Source of the DNA: the human T2T-CHM13v2.0 reference genome, Homo sapiens
Length of the DNA stretch: 64,000 bases
Assembly: GCF_009914755.1 (NCBI RefSeq)
Contig: NC_060928.1
Strand: one strand, 5' to 3'
Below, piece after piece: positions 29,524 through 43,435 of this stretch (the stretch's first letter is position 1; each line of letters begins with the position of its first letter). The notes below the pieces were generated by a model. The model saw nothing but the letters and a program-made list of their open reading frames with translations. It did not search any database and had not been told where the DNA came from. A program made the translations under genes and the position numbers.

Positions 29524-30756
29524 AAGCCTTAAGTAACCTACACTGATTTCCACAACCCTTTCCTCCAAACAACCCTAAATAAAACTACTAAAAGTTTTAG
29601 CAAGTACATACATAAGTAGGGAAAATAGAGTATGTATCTTGCAGTCTTGGAACTATTGAAGTTGCACCTCAATTTGTACTATTATCAGATTAACTGGCCC
29701 ATTATTAAGAAGAAAAAATAATAGTAAAGCTTAAACATGACGTTTTGTCTTCTCACCATCTGAATATTTAATTAGATTGCTACTTCTTCCTTATTCCCTC
29801 CTGGAACCTCCATTGAATTATCTGATGTCTTCCTCATACCATTCTTGTCAAGGCAGGAAGTAAATTGAGTCTAATTATTAATTCATTTGTTGTGGTCTTT
29901 TCCCTTATTGTGGTGCCTTATATTTTTTTCTCATTCAATTTTCATTTATCTTTGAATCTAGCAATTATGTGATTATTGTATTATCTGATTTCATCGGAAA
30001 TATTCTTTCTCTATCAGCATATAATCTTATCTCCTTTCATTTTTAATCTCTTTTTGCATGGCCCCACATCAAATATCTATAAACATTTTTAAGGCTTCTC
30101 CAGCAAGACATGCCCAAACAAACAAAATAAGAATTATGATAATTTCTAGAAGTCTATATACTACACTACTCTCCAACTGTCTCTCTTCTCATTTTCTTCA
30201 AATTATATTAATACTTTGTAACTAAGTTTAATCTTTATATTCAGTGGATCCGAATTTGTATTTTCCTTTCTTTTCTCTTTGAAATTCATGGTCTAACTAC
30301 CCCCACTATGGTACAGAAACTATGCTTAATAAATTGAAGCAGTAGAAGAAGAAAGGCATTGTGAAGTAATTGCTTACATTTATGGTTGGAGCTCTGAGAA
30401 ACTGATAAATTTCCCATGATAATATACTTAAAAAGTGGTGAAGTCAGGATTCCTTAACAAAGAATTTCTTCATAGTCTATGTTAGTCCTGCTATAATAGG
30501 ACTAACATTTTACTAAAGCAAAAGTTAATGGTCTTTTTTTCAGTCTTCATCCTCATTGAAAATTCTGCACTATTTGATCCTATTATATCCTTCATGATCC
30601 CTTTTCTGCCATTTGCTTCTATAAAGCATGATCATGGTTCTCCTTTTTCTTCTTTAACTCCTTTTTTCTCATGATTCCTTCTTCTATGTCTCTGCCTTCC
30701 CTCAAATTTAATCTAATCGTTGAGATGATGTTCACCTATCTTGCCTTTTCTAGAAC

Positions 30757-31020
30757 AGTGGCTGTCTTCAATCTATGGATCGTGACTAATGGTTGCATAA
30801 TGAAGTCAGTTTAATGGAATCAGATGAGAATTATTTTGATGAACCAGAATAGAACAGAGTGAATCTCATATAGCAAGCATTACTTTTGTTTCGAGAGACT
30901 TTTTTCATTATGTGTGGTAGTGTGGCAGGGGTGGGAGTGGGGCCGGAGATTTGTATTGGTTTAAGAGAAAATGTATTTCTTAACTATAAAGTCATGCTTA
31001 AAAGACTTTCAGAAACACCT
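30757..31020. mobile_element. Degenerate hAT-Charlie MITE (MER112-like)
   Basis: cagtggctgtc... start, agaatagaacagagtg and aaaatgtatttctt motifs. Confidence 0.45.
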
Positions 31021-31099
31021 CTCTGACTAGATTGTCTTCCTTGGCATTATTTTTGTGCTTTTTCATAATACATGTTATGATAAAATTTATTTTTATTAT

Positions 31100-31930
31100 T
31101 TTCACAATGCAATTTATTTATATGTAATTCACATGCCATAAGACTCATTCACCTAAAGTATACAATTCAGCTGGGTTTTATAGTATATTTATACAGTTGT
31201 ATGACCATCTTCACAATCTAGAATTTAGAATATTTTAATCATCCCAAAAAGGAAAGCTCTACCTATTAGCAGTCACTCACAGTTTTCCTTCAAACTCCCA
31301 AACCTGCTGGGTGTGGTGGAGCATACCTGTAGTCCAGCTACTCAGGAAGCTTAGGCAGCAGGATTACTTGAGCTCAGGAATTTGAAAGGAGCCTGGGCAA
31401 TATAGCAATACCTTGTCTCTGACAATGACATTAATAAAAATACTCCCAAGCCCTAGGCAACTTCTAATCTACTTTCTAACTCTACATCTTTGATTATTCT
31501 GGACATTTCACATAAATAGAATAGTACAGTGTAGTATTTTGTGTCTGGCTTCTTTTATTTGGCATATTGTTTTCAAGGTTAATACAAGTTATAACATATA
31601 TCTGTACTTCAATCCTTTTTTTTAAATTTTAATTTTTCTGTTGAGGTGAAAGTCATATAACATAAGATTAGCCAGTTTAAAATGTGCACTTATGTGGCAC
31701 TTAGCACTTCACTATAATGTTCAACAACCACATATATCAAATTACAAAAGTATTTTTATCATCTACTTCATTTCTTTTTATTGCTGAGTGACATTACATT
31801 GTATGAATACCCTACATTTTGTTTATGTATTCATTATTTGATGAATATTTGGATTGTTTTGATTTTTGGGTATCATGAATATTGCTACTATGAACGTATT
31901 TGCACAAGTTTTGTTGGCAATGTTTTTTCA
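31100..31930 (-). mobile_element. L1MB-type 3' end containing a nested FLAM and a second short L1 3' end
   Basis: aaagtatacaattcag...cctattagcagtcactc...ctaatctactttct...ctggacatttcacataaatagaat. Confidence 0.8.
31305..31440 (+). mobile_element. Alu monomer (FLAM_A-like)
   Basis: gctgggtgtggtgg...cctgggcaatatagcaataccttgtctc; diverged TSD actccccaa / actcccaa. Confidence 0.8.
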
Positions 31931-32039
31931 TTCAGGAACTTCATATATCATTTTTAATTCATATGATCATCATTTACATAACTGATTTACATACAAACTC
32001 TGGATTTAAGGGCTAGTTAGTAAGCTTTTTGTATTGCCT

Positions 32040-32625
32040 TAAAAAATAAGTGAACTTATCTTTGCTATCTCCCCTGACTTTCACTTTTTCTGCTAGTAAT
32101 ACAGCCATCTCTGTCCATTTTGATAGCATCCTGTCCCTTGTGTCCACATCCTGATAGTTAACAAAATTCATAGTAATTTCCTCAAATCTTTCAGGGTATT
32201 ACTCTCTTTCTATTTTCAATACTAACATAATATAATCCAAACTTTTATTCCATCTATCTGGGTGATTACAATTATCATCTTGTTATTCCTTCTACCATTG
32301 CCTCTTTCTAAATTCTCTCAAATTCATCTTGCTTGTCTCAGGCATATTATTCTTCCTAATGTGCTGCTAGAACCAAATCAAGACTATTCTCAAAGATATC
32401 AATGCCTCATCTCTGAAACACCTCCCTATCTTTCATAGTCTATTATAATTTTGCACCATTACACTTACCACTAATGGACAGTATGAATTTGTGGTTTATT
32501 TTCTGTCTCTCACAATCGGAAATTAAGCTCCATGAGAGTAGAGGGAATTTTTTTTCCATTTATTTCCTTCTGTGCTCCAGCTCTTTGCACTATATCAAGG
32601 AACTCAATAATTATTTGTGGAACCA
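32040..32625 (+). mobile_element. L2 fragments including the 3' end
   Basis: ttaagctccatgagagtagagg...gaactcaataattatttgtggaa. Confidence 0.55.
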
Positions 32626-33045
32626 AATCCAGTGTTCTCTTCAACATAATCTAACACATATTCTCCCAGGTCATTTGCATTATTTCTTGTCTTGTGTCTG
32701 TAGCTATATTACAAAGTTGTAATTCTCATCATTTCTGAATAAATGCATGTTTTCCTACTTCTGTGTTTATTTCAGTTTAAGCCAAATGAAGAAGCGGGTA
32801 AGCATGGAAATAACCGAGGCTGGAGGCTTATGGCTCAGGATTAATGGGGGGTTGCTCAAATGGCCCTTTATCTTAGAAGCTGTAATCAAGGTTATCTCAA
32901 AAGATATTTGCAAATAGTAAAGATGGAGTAGGGGATGCAAGAGATGATCTTAGGGGAAAGACATAAAATCCAAAGATTTATATAGAAATGGAGACCATAA
33001 ACACAAGATACATTTACAGACATCAGGTCTACTAAGGGGCTCAAA

Positions 33046-33370
33046 GGCTGGGTACAGTGGCTCATGCTCATAATCTCAGCACTTTGGGAGGCTGAGGCAG
33101 GAGGATCATTTGGGGCCAGGAGTTTCAGACTAGCCTGCACAACATGACAAGACCCTGTCTCAACAAAATAATAAAATAAAATAAAATAAAATAAAATAAA
33201 ATAAAATTAGCTTGGTATGGTGACACCCACCTTTAGTCCCAGCTACTCAGGAGGCTGAGACGAGAGGATCGCTTAGGCCCAGGAGTTCAAGGCTGCAGTG
33301 AGCTATGATTGCACCATGGCACTCCAGCCTGGGTGACAGAGACCCTGTCTCAAAAAATAAAACATAAAAA
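33046..33370 (+). mobile_element. AluJ with a (TAAAA)n expansion in the middle linker
   Basis: ggctgggtacagtggctca...; linker 33165-33207 expanded; aggagttcaaggctgcagtgagctatgat. Confidence 0.93.
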
Positions 33371-36300
33371 GTCTCAGACCTGAGGAACCTGGGGAGTTTG
33401 GGCTGCATGGAGGCAAATAGTTATTTTATTAGATACCTGTGTCTACTTAAGGCCCCCAGATGGCTCTCTGTGCCTGCGTTCATACCATTGCTTCTACTGG
33501 GAATGATTTTCTATATTTCTCATATATTCACTTGAAACCCTAGTAGCATCAAAACATACTAGAAATAGAACATTGACTAATCATTTACTATGTGCCTAGC
33601 ACTGTGCTTGATAATTGATTTAATTCCAATGAGAGAAATTCAAGTTATTATCCTCATTTACTATTTACTACTTTAAAAGTTTGAGAAATTTGGTCATGAA
33701 TAAATAGTTTTTGGACAAGAATCACAGCATTCATATTCATTACATTCATATTCATCTCCCAGAGAATAAAGCCTCTTTCTTGGCATGTAATAAAACTCAA
33801 CAGCTGTTTGTTGAATGAATGGTTGAGCAGATAGATAAATAAATTGTATTAACTTACAAATAATAAGAGATTCACATTATATGATTTTTCCCAAATGAAC
33901 TGTTTGTATGTTTTTGAAGATTTTAATAATATTTGTTAAGAGAGTTTTTGAAAATTCTTTTGGCTTTTTATAAATCCTTTTTCTTGGCAATACTTGCTGT
34001 AATAGATTTATATTATGGTAAACAAGCCCATAAACCATACAAAACACTATAATCATGCAATTCATCATTTCTTTAAAAGTGCAAATATTATCCCAGTGGG
34101 TTTGTAGTTCCTCTATGGAAACTGATCAAGGGACCTCAAGTACTGAAGAAACTTTAACTTTTAGCAAATACTTTGTGTGCAGTTATTCTTCCTTGAGTCA
34201 TTTTGTGGTTTAGTGAAAACCACAATTCACTCAACTTGTCATGATCTTCTATTTTGTTCTGTGTACCAGTTTATAGCATAGTCTGTTACTAGACTTACTT
34301 AAAATTCTTCGTGTACCCAGATGTCATAACATGAGAAAGGAAACACAATATTAAATGCGTATAAATTTAAAAGTAATTTATGAGATAGTGTGAATTATCT
34401 AAGTGACTACAGATAAAGCTTTTTTAAATATATATTTTAACAAATACATTTCCTAATCCTTAGAAATTTTAACCCATGGCCTCTGTGACTGGTGGGATTT
34501 ATTGCAATGTGGTATCTCAAAATACTATAAATTAAATAATATACCAGCAAGTTGTGATTAATTAAATTTTCACTTAGTTATGTCATAATTTTTTGACCCA
34601 TAAATAGTAGTGTGTTAATTTGTGTCATGCAAAATTAAGCACTTTGGAGCTTTATAATTATTTCAAATGTAAAAGTTCCATGATGTCTTCAAGGCTCCAT
34701 CGTGTGATCTGACCTCATCTATGAGACCACCCAAAGAAAGAACTGTTTTCAGCATTTTGAGTTCCCAAGGATCTTTATGTAAATGATCATCTTTTGCCAA
34801 AAATTCAGATAATTTACATGCCAAACTCTTAGGGCACTTGTAAAATAAGATTTATGGGTCATCTGAGCCAAATCTTAGGACCTACATAACAGTTACTTAT
34901 TAGCACAGAAAGCTAGGGATGTAAAAGCATTTATTCAATAAAAATTCAACACCAACAGTGTGCTAAGCATAGTGTAAGGTATTGCTATCCAGCAGGATAT
35001 TCTGTCGTATTTGAAAGAATAACCCCATTAAATATAATGTGTATGTTGCTTATATTGGCCCTAATATTATATAATTTTGAATATTCTGGAAAGTTTCGTA
35101 TTTTTCCTTTTTTCCAAATTAGAATTATGAAGTCGCCAAATTGAATTTGTGTTATCATCATTAAAGTACACAGATTTTAAATATATCTGCATTCATCTTA
35201 ACCATGGCTCCCTATAAAGAAAATATTTATTTTCATTTTCCATCTTTCAAATGCTTAAACTTATTTCATAAATGCTAAATAGACATTTAATGCACATTGA
35301 ATCAGTGAATGATTGTGAGAACATATATCTAATTTCTAATTCTTCCCCCTCTCCATTATTCCCTTCAGGTAATCCCACTCTGTTCCTAATGTGATGTAAC
35401 AGTTTTTTTCTAAGTTGATATTCATGTAATATTAAATTATTTTTTAGCAAAATAGAAATCCATTAATTCATATTTGCCATCAATTTGTCAACTAGAATAT
35501 CTTCTTTTGTGTGTCTTTGGAGCATCTTTGGACAAGAAGGCCATTCAATCAAAACTGATAAATATAAAGAATGAAATGAAAAATACTTCTTATTGACCTA
35601 TATTCAATAAATAAGGCTACTAAATTGTGTTCACTGTGCTACAAGCTTGGACATATGTAACAATCAGAGAAAGCATAGTGACTGTGAAATACTGGATATT
35701 ATTCACATTTTATTATGGAATGGTATTTGACTTTAACAACCGCTAACCTTTCTTTCTTGAAAGCTCAAGTGGCAGAATAGCAATACAAAACTTTGACCAT
35801 TTAAGTGTATAGACAATAAAAATGAAGAATGTTGAAAAATACATTCATAGTTTATTTTTAAAATTGTTTGATTAAAGGGAAATACTTTCATTCTCAAACC
35901 AAAAGGCCTTTGTCACTCAACCTGTTTTATAACTAGGGCATTTACACCTATCCAGTCACCATGAAAGTCGGCTTCAACTCAAACTAAGAGAAAGAGTGCA
36001 ACTCCATCAGACCTAAACTAAACCATCAGCATTACTAGAAAGATAATTAAAAATGCACATTTTTCGTAAAGCAGCCATATGTGCATCTGTGTATATGTGT
36101 GTGTGCTTTTTTAACATCTTGCATATATTGAGAAATCCAGCATAAATAAATAGAATAATTGCAATAAGGTATGTGGATGTAACTATCATTCATAAAAATT
36201 TATTAATTTATCACTTTAGAACCTTACTAATTAAGTAGAAATGTTAATTTTGAAATAGTAAAATGTTGGCAAAATGCCTTCTGAACTTACAGTCTAAATA

Positions 36301-38993
36301 CAGTGAGCAAGGTAATTGAAAAAATATTTTATTACAAATATTAATGACAGAATCTTATTTAAAGGGTAGAAAAATATCAACAATAATCAACATCAAACAA
36401 GAATCTTGGAGATACTAGAGCACAGCCAAGTTGTCAGTAAATATGAAAATAGATGATCAGAATGATATAATTAAAGTTAAACTCAACGAATCAATATGGT
36501 TTGACAGGAAGATGGGTTGACATACAAAACAATTTTGAATTAATATATTTCTAATGGTGGATGTATTTCTTGAAGCTGGGGCACATTTCTAGGCATTGAA
36601 AGGATTCTTTCATGAAAAACAATGTTCATTTCACTTTATAATCCTGAAATGATAATTTTAGGATTTACTGTTTTTGCTCATGTAAATATTTTAGAAATAG
36701 AGAAATTGGCTAATTTATATGAGAAAATTTTAGTATGTTATTTATTATTAATATTAGAAGGCTTATATATTATTATTAATGTTTGCAAGCATCATTTTAC
36801 AGCTGCTTTCTCGGGAATATTATCTTTTACATCAATTGAATTAAAGAACTAAAAATCTCTTTAAAAATGTCAGTTGATTTTTTCTTAACCACCTGTATTG
36901 GAATATTCTTACAACGTGATGTGGTTTGATTGAAGCAGAAAAAGGAATGCAGTTTATCCCCTCATTTACTCTTTTTTGGTTTGAATCACAGAAAGCCATT
37001 TGAGAATTTAATCATCCTTTCTACTTTCTCCTTCAATAACTTATTGATTCAAGTAAATGTCTGTTTTTAATAATATGTTTTCAGCTTCCTCTAATAAGAG
37101 TTTTAGCAAGACTTAATGAAATAATTTATTTTGAATAACATAGAGAACAGATGCTTTATGAGATTTTAAATTTGTGTTCTAGTAATTTTGAAAATACTCT
37201 TGTTTAAAATCATTTTGGATACCCCCACTTTCTTGGGAGAGCCAGAGACAGGTACGGAGACAGGTGACCTATGGATGAAACTGTGGTATGTTGTCTCATG
37301 GTATCATATTTTGTTTTGTTTTTCCATCATAGTTCTTGTGGACATTTTGGGGTTATTTAAATGTTATGTATTTATTGATTTTTAATGTTTATCTCCTGCC
37401 CCCATCTACTTTGTGAATTTCATAAACTGATGAAACAATGTTTTATTGACCACTGAATACTCACCCATCTCAAACGGTGCTCAATTTTTATTTGTTGGAC
37501 AAATTAATGAAGTTAATCACTGCGGTGAAGGGTTGATATTTATCAGTCAGGAATGTCAGAATATGTATTTCTCAACCACCATTTTGAAAATTCATTTTTC
37601 TTTCACAACTTGTGTTTAATTATATGTTTAATGAATTGAGGAAACATATGTGTAGAAATCCAGAACCTTTATTTTAATCTAGTCTAGAAACTAGCTGTGT
37701 GGCCCTGAAAAATGTATTTTATAAAGACTTTCTATTGATTTTTTTGTGGGAGGGAAAATGTGTTTTATTAACCCCAATGGTATATTTTGTGGTTGAGCTG
37801 AACAAATATAATAGAGTGCTTTACGTGCCCTGTGTCATTTCATGACAGTTTTCCAACATATAATCCTTGGTAAAGCCTTTTCACCGGTTTCCTGTGATTT
37901 CTTTATGTGGTTTTTGAAGTCAATTCATATAGCTTTAGAAAGTTAAGTGTGTGAGCTGGTTTTTGTCCTTTCAGAATATCATTGTTGTTGTTACTCCTCT
38001 TAGACCATAAAAACTTGTTCATTCAGAATATTTCTGATGGTTTTGCTGCAAAGCTTGGGAGAGGTGACAGTTTCTTTCTAAACCAGCTACATATTTCATT
38101 TTCACTCAAAAGGTCTTCACTAGTGTCCAGCATTATCCAGCATACGATGTGGGGCTTTTCCTTGGTTTTGAGGGTATATTTTGCCTAGAATTGATGGTTT
38201 CATTTTGGCTAGTCTATCACATCCTGATTATTTTTTGTGCTTTGGGAAGAAAACTGTCATTAGAATTTATGAACAAACAAACTGGCTACTCTTCCTGTCC
38301 CACATTTCTAGCATTTGGCAATGATCTGGGCTTTCATAGGTTTAGAGACTTGGTTGGTTAATGCATTCCTCATTTACCGATATAACAAGTAGAGATTCAC
38401 TGTCTTTAGAGTGGGAATTTACATTTAGCATCTAGTGTGCAGTCAACTTATTAATAAAAATATATTTGGAAACATTGTTAATGAAAGTTTCACTGGAAAT
38501 AAAATAAAGAATAATCATTTGATTTTTGTAAGCAGCATAGTCAATTTGCAGACTTATTCCTAACAAATATAGTCTAGTGGAATACATATCAACTTCTAGT
38601 TGCTACAAACATGCACTCCGAAACTTTAGTTGGAAAACATAACAATGTGAAAATACAAATTTGGTCACACTGTTTATGGTTAGGTTTATTGGTCTAATCT
38701 CAGGTGGATTACGTAGACAGCAATTGTCCAATTCTGAATGGGTGAATAAAGGGGAATATTTTCCATTCCAAAGTCATTGTAAAGCTTGTGGATAATGGAT
38801 GTATAAATATTGTTGTACATGTTTTTCAATGTTGAAGGTATTACCAAAGAAGTTATTACAAGGTCTCTGTTGTGGAAGATTTATGCTTCAGAATTAGAAA
38901 GAAAAGCCTTAGTATTACTTTCCCTAGGGACAAAACAAAACAAAACAAAAATTATATGCCACTGAAAGCTCTTTGTCCTTTCCAGTGAATAAT

Positions 38994-39054
38994 TGTGTGT
39001 GTGTGTGTGTATGTGTGTGTGTGTGAGAGAGAGAGTGTGTGTGCATGTGTGTGT
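38994..39054. repeat. (TG)n(AG)n(TG)n microsatellite
   Basis: Read directly. Confidence 0.9.
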
Positions 39055-39371
39055 TAGGGAAATGGGGGGGGGATGAGGGAGGGAAGGGAAGAATGTGAAT
39101 AGATTGTGCATTTCTCAAAAGCATGTATAGTGCAGTGAGGCATTTGTTTGTTGCTTAATAACTCCTTTCCTTCAAAATTAAAATTTTGTATAGTTTTAAC
39201 TGTGACCTCCATTCATTCAAAACTTGTTTTATTCTTCACTAAGTTTCTTCTGTTAAAATCTGCATGATTACAAATTTTCTTGGCTCCACCATAAGAATAA
39301 CATAAACTTTGTAATTGTTGATTTGCAATAAAGAATATTGATGTTTATATACTGCTATGAAAGTATGCTGA

Positions 39372-39676
39372 GGCCAGATGAGGTGGCTTGCCCCTGTAAT
39401 CTTAGCACTTTGGGAGGCAGAGGTGGGAAAATTGCTTCAGGCCAGGAGTTCGAGACTAGCTGGGCAACATAGTGAGATACTGTCTCTACAAAAAATAAAA
39501 AAAAAATTAGCCAGGCATGGTGGCGCATGGCTGTAGTTCCAGCTACTAAGGAGGTTGGGGTGGGAGGATCACTTGAGACCAGGAGTTCGAGGTTGTAGTG
39601 ACATATGATCATGCCACTGCCCTTCAGCCTAGGTGACAGAGTGGGAGCTTGTCTCTTAAAAAAAAAGAAAAAAAAA
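39372..39676 (+). mobile_element. AluJ
   Basis: ggccagatgaggtggct...gtctctt followed by an A-tail. Confidence 0.92.
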
Positions 39677-42344
39677 GGGTAATGACCAAATTTGACAATG
39701 AATGTCACATTTTAAAGTGGAAGTAATGATTTTCTATATTAGTACAGTAGATTTTTATACAAAGATTCATATTAACTTTTATAGTATATTAGTTAGTAAA
39801 GAATTCTTAAAATTATATTATGTTTTGTGCTGTTAAGAAAAAAAGTTCCTGCCAAGCACAATAAGTTGAATAGAACGTTTAACTTACATTTCATATTCAG
39901 GAATTAGATTTCACTTCACTAATGAAATGGGAAACCATAAAGATTATACAACTGATTATTGGTGTGATATTCTTGTATTTCCTTACATATTTCCTAAAAG
40001 AAGTTCCCTTTCCTGTTTTCTCTGTGTGTGACACCCAAGGAGAGTTATTGCATCTTATCTCTATGACTTTCTCGTTCATGCCTTCTATTCTTCCTATCTT
40101 TGTCTAAGCCACGGTTTGGTAAATGGGGATGATAATTTTTCTAAACTGTTATCATTGGGAATTTGAAATAAAGTGATACTTTTAAAGCACCAGTACAGGA
40201 AAAACACTTGATAAATTTTAGCGATTACCATTGTCATATTGCCCTAAATAGCTCATTCCAGTATCTTCCTCATTAATACCCACACTCTCTTTCCTTTAAC
40301 CCTAATCTGTTTAAATAATCTATTGGCTAATAATTTTTAAGATTAATTTGATAAATCTCTTTATTATGTCATTATATTATATCATAATCTTTTATTGCTT
40401 TAACTAATTTGAGCTATATTCTGTGTCTAATTTTAAGGCTTTCTCTGATTTTACTACTGTTCACTTCTGTTCCTACCTCCCTTGTAAATGCACATTTCAT
40501 TGCTCAGATTTTTTGCCTGAAGTATTTTACTATCCCCTCTCCGATATCCATACATATTGTTTCATCTTTAAAGACCAACTCAAATCTTCGTCATTCGAGA
40601 AATCTTTTTTAAGCACACTAGCACATGTTTATTTGATTTCTCTGAAATTCTTACTTTTTATCTGTTCCACATCATTCTGCTTTATAATGTTTTAAGCTTT
40701 GCATAGGCATGTATTCATTCTTTCTCCAACTACAAGCTTCTAGAGACCCATGGAGACAGAAAGATTCTTAGTATCCATCTTCTGGGTCATCGGCCTATCT
40801 CTTCTCTCCTGCTCTGAACTTTCCCCTTTCTGGTCTTGTTAATCATGAGTAACATCCCTTGCCTTTGGGAGCTTGTTCACATACATGAAGTTTTATCATT
40901 TCCTTGATTTCATGTGTTAACTCTGAAGCTTCTGCTAGACTCTTGGAACTTCATCCCATATAGGACCACTCCTAGACCTGAGATAATACCTAATGTGAAG
41001 GGAGACTTCAGATGACACCCATGTCTTATGTGTAATAATTCCCAGCATCCACGTTGTAAGGGATCAATATGCATTTAGAATTAAATTGGCATATTTTAAA
41101 AAATTTCTTTTGAACTAAATAATTCTTTTTAGTGGATTCTTGCTTATCTTGAAATTACAGTTCTTACTCTTAAGAACATGTTAAACAGCCAGTTTGGATT
41201 TTTTGACATTTAGAAGATTGGGAAAATTGTGATATGTGAAATTTGACAAAGTTTTAGAAATGTTATTTCTCGTGAATTGGAAGACAATGTGGAAAGTGAT
41301 TTCTATTAAATGTTGAAATGCTATAGTAAGTAGATATGAAATGCATTTATTCACACACTTGCTGCTTTTTTAGGCAATCCTCAGGTAGACGATTTCATTT
41401 GAAGGTCACAACTTTGTGTATGTGCCCTCAAAAAGGATGAGGTTCATGATGAAGCTCCGTAAGTCAAAAGAATAGCTGCTTAATTGTTTGATGATGTACC
41501 ACTCATTAGAATTTTTTTCTATAAGTTCAGAAATTGTATATTAAAACATCTGAATTTCATGCTTTTCTTTTGACCTCAGAACATAGTTGTCTTTGGTTAT
41601 TCTTTTTTAATTGTCACTTTGTTACACTTAGTTAAATGCTAAAATGCCATTTCAATTATATGTATTCTTTTTTGAAATAGAATTGTTAGAATTCAGTGTA
41701 TTAGAAGTCTCCTGAGAGCATATGTTCTTTTAAAGAAAGTAGATGATGGGTTATTTCTTTTGGTTACCAGTGTTGTTTTTGCTGCCAAGTGTTTTGGATT
41801 AGATTTTCAGAGCACATTTCTTAAAACTTAGATAAATGTGTTGGCATGTAAAATGACACGGAGAAAATACATGTATTTAAGAAAATTATGTCAAAAGCTC
41901 TGCTGAAACTTAAAATTGATAATATTTACTTTTTGGCAGCATTGAAGTAATGAAATGTTTTTCAAAGGCATTGCCAATAAGTAGAATCATGTCCACTTTC
42001 AGATATGTAAGAAACTCTTTTAGAATCATTAGCCTTGACTTACAAATAGTTTAATTAACTACTTCCTCAGAGGAATCAAATCTGTTTCATTTTTATTTTT
42101 TAATTTTCAAAAGAGCTCTTTTTTTCATATGATCAGTGAGATGCAGGGGCAAAAAATCGTTTTTAGCACCTATTAGTAATTCAACACTGTTTCCATAAAA
42201 AACTAATAGCCTAAATGCTGTTTAAGCAAACGGATGGTAATACTAGACTATTTGTACGATCATTCATAATATTTTTCTTTCATTTATTTGGTAATTTTTC
42301 AATATCTATCTAACAGTTTCAGTGTCAATTCTTTAAACATTCTT

Positions 42345-42845
42345 TCAGGCTTGGTTCTGGGCTGTATTGGATAGCCAAAAACTCTGTGGCTTAAAACAAT
42401 AAACATTTATTATCTTACACAGTTTCTGTAGGTTAGGAGTCCAGGAGTAGTTTAATTAGTTGGGTATAGCCCCCGGGTTTCTCATGGGGTTGCAGTTGCC
42501 TGAAGGAAGGCTTTCTGGTGGATGGAAGACCAGCTTCCAAGGTGCCTCTCTCATGTGCATCCGAAGTTCATCCTGGGTGCCTCAGTTCTTTGCTCCCTGG
42601 ACCTTTCCATGGGACTGCTTGAGTGCTCTCAAGATATGATAGTTGGCTTTGCATAAAACGAGGGACTGAAGGGAGGCTGAAGTGGCAGTGTGTTTTTAAT
42701 GAACTACTCTCTGAAATCACATACTCATTTATACCACACTAAGTCCTTTAGAAGCGAGTCACTCAGTACATCCACATTCAAGAGAAAAGGGAAGAATACT
42801 GGAAGAGTATCAAAGAACTGTGAACACATTTTAAAATTGCCACGT
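42345..42845 (-). mobile_element. MaLR solo LTR (MLT1G/H-like)
   Basis: gtggcttaaaacaataaacatttattatc...gggactgcttgagtgc...cattttaaaattgccac. Confidence 0.75.
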
Positions 42846-42856
42846 GTGTTGATGGC

Positions 42857-43435
42857 TGTTGTGAAAGTTGGGTTCTTGTATTCTTAGTTTAAAGAATTTA
42901 AACAAGAGAAACACAGCAATGGAGATGCAGCATGGAGCAATTTATAGCAAAGAAGAAAGAATATTTTGAAAGTTAGGTGCAGAATAGACAGTACACCCTG
43001 AGAGATGATTCAGAGAGGGCTGCTCATAAGGATTAGACAGCCACAGTTACTGGGAAAACTCCCTTTATGGGAGTCACCTTACATGATTATTCATGAGAGG
43101 GTGGGAAGAGCTGTTACTAGTAAGCATGTTCTGGGTGGTCCTCTGGGTGCACGTGCACGGTAGCTGTACATGCTTGTTCATACATTACATGTCTCATTAG
43201 CATCTTAAATCTCCATCCAGGGGTGTGTTTTTCACTATTATAATCAGCAAAGAGTAATTTTGAGAACAGGTAGAATCAAAATGCGCATGCCCTCCACGGG
43301 ACAATTCCCTCCTAGAGATAGCTCTTTTTGAATGAACTTGACTACAATGTGAATGCTGAAAGAATTGCTCTTAAAGGGCCATAGTTGCTGTGTCTCCAGG
43401 ACATGGTGGCTTTCTTGATTACCTATCCTGACTCA
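42857..43435 (-). mobile_element. ERV1 solo LTR (MER66-like)
   Basis: Reverse strand begins TGAGTCAGGATAGGTAATCAAGAAAGCCACCATGTCC; also tttaaagaatttaaacaagag and catctccatccaggggtgtg-like motifs. Confidence 0.65.

Noticed and set aside
34000-39000. Assigning published ADHD-associated ADGRL3 enhancers or SNPs to this repeat-poor region
   Set aside because: Cannot be located from sequence alone; no basis to place them in this window.
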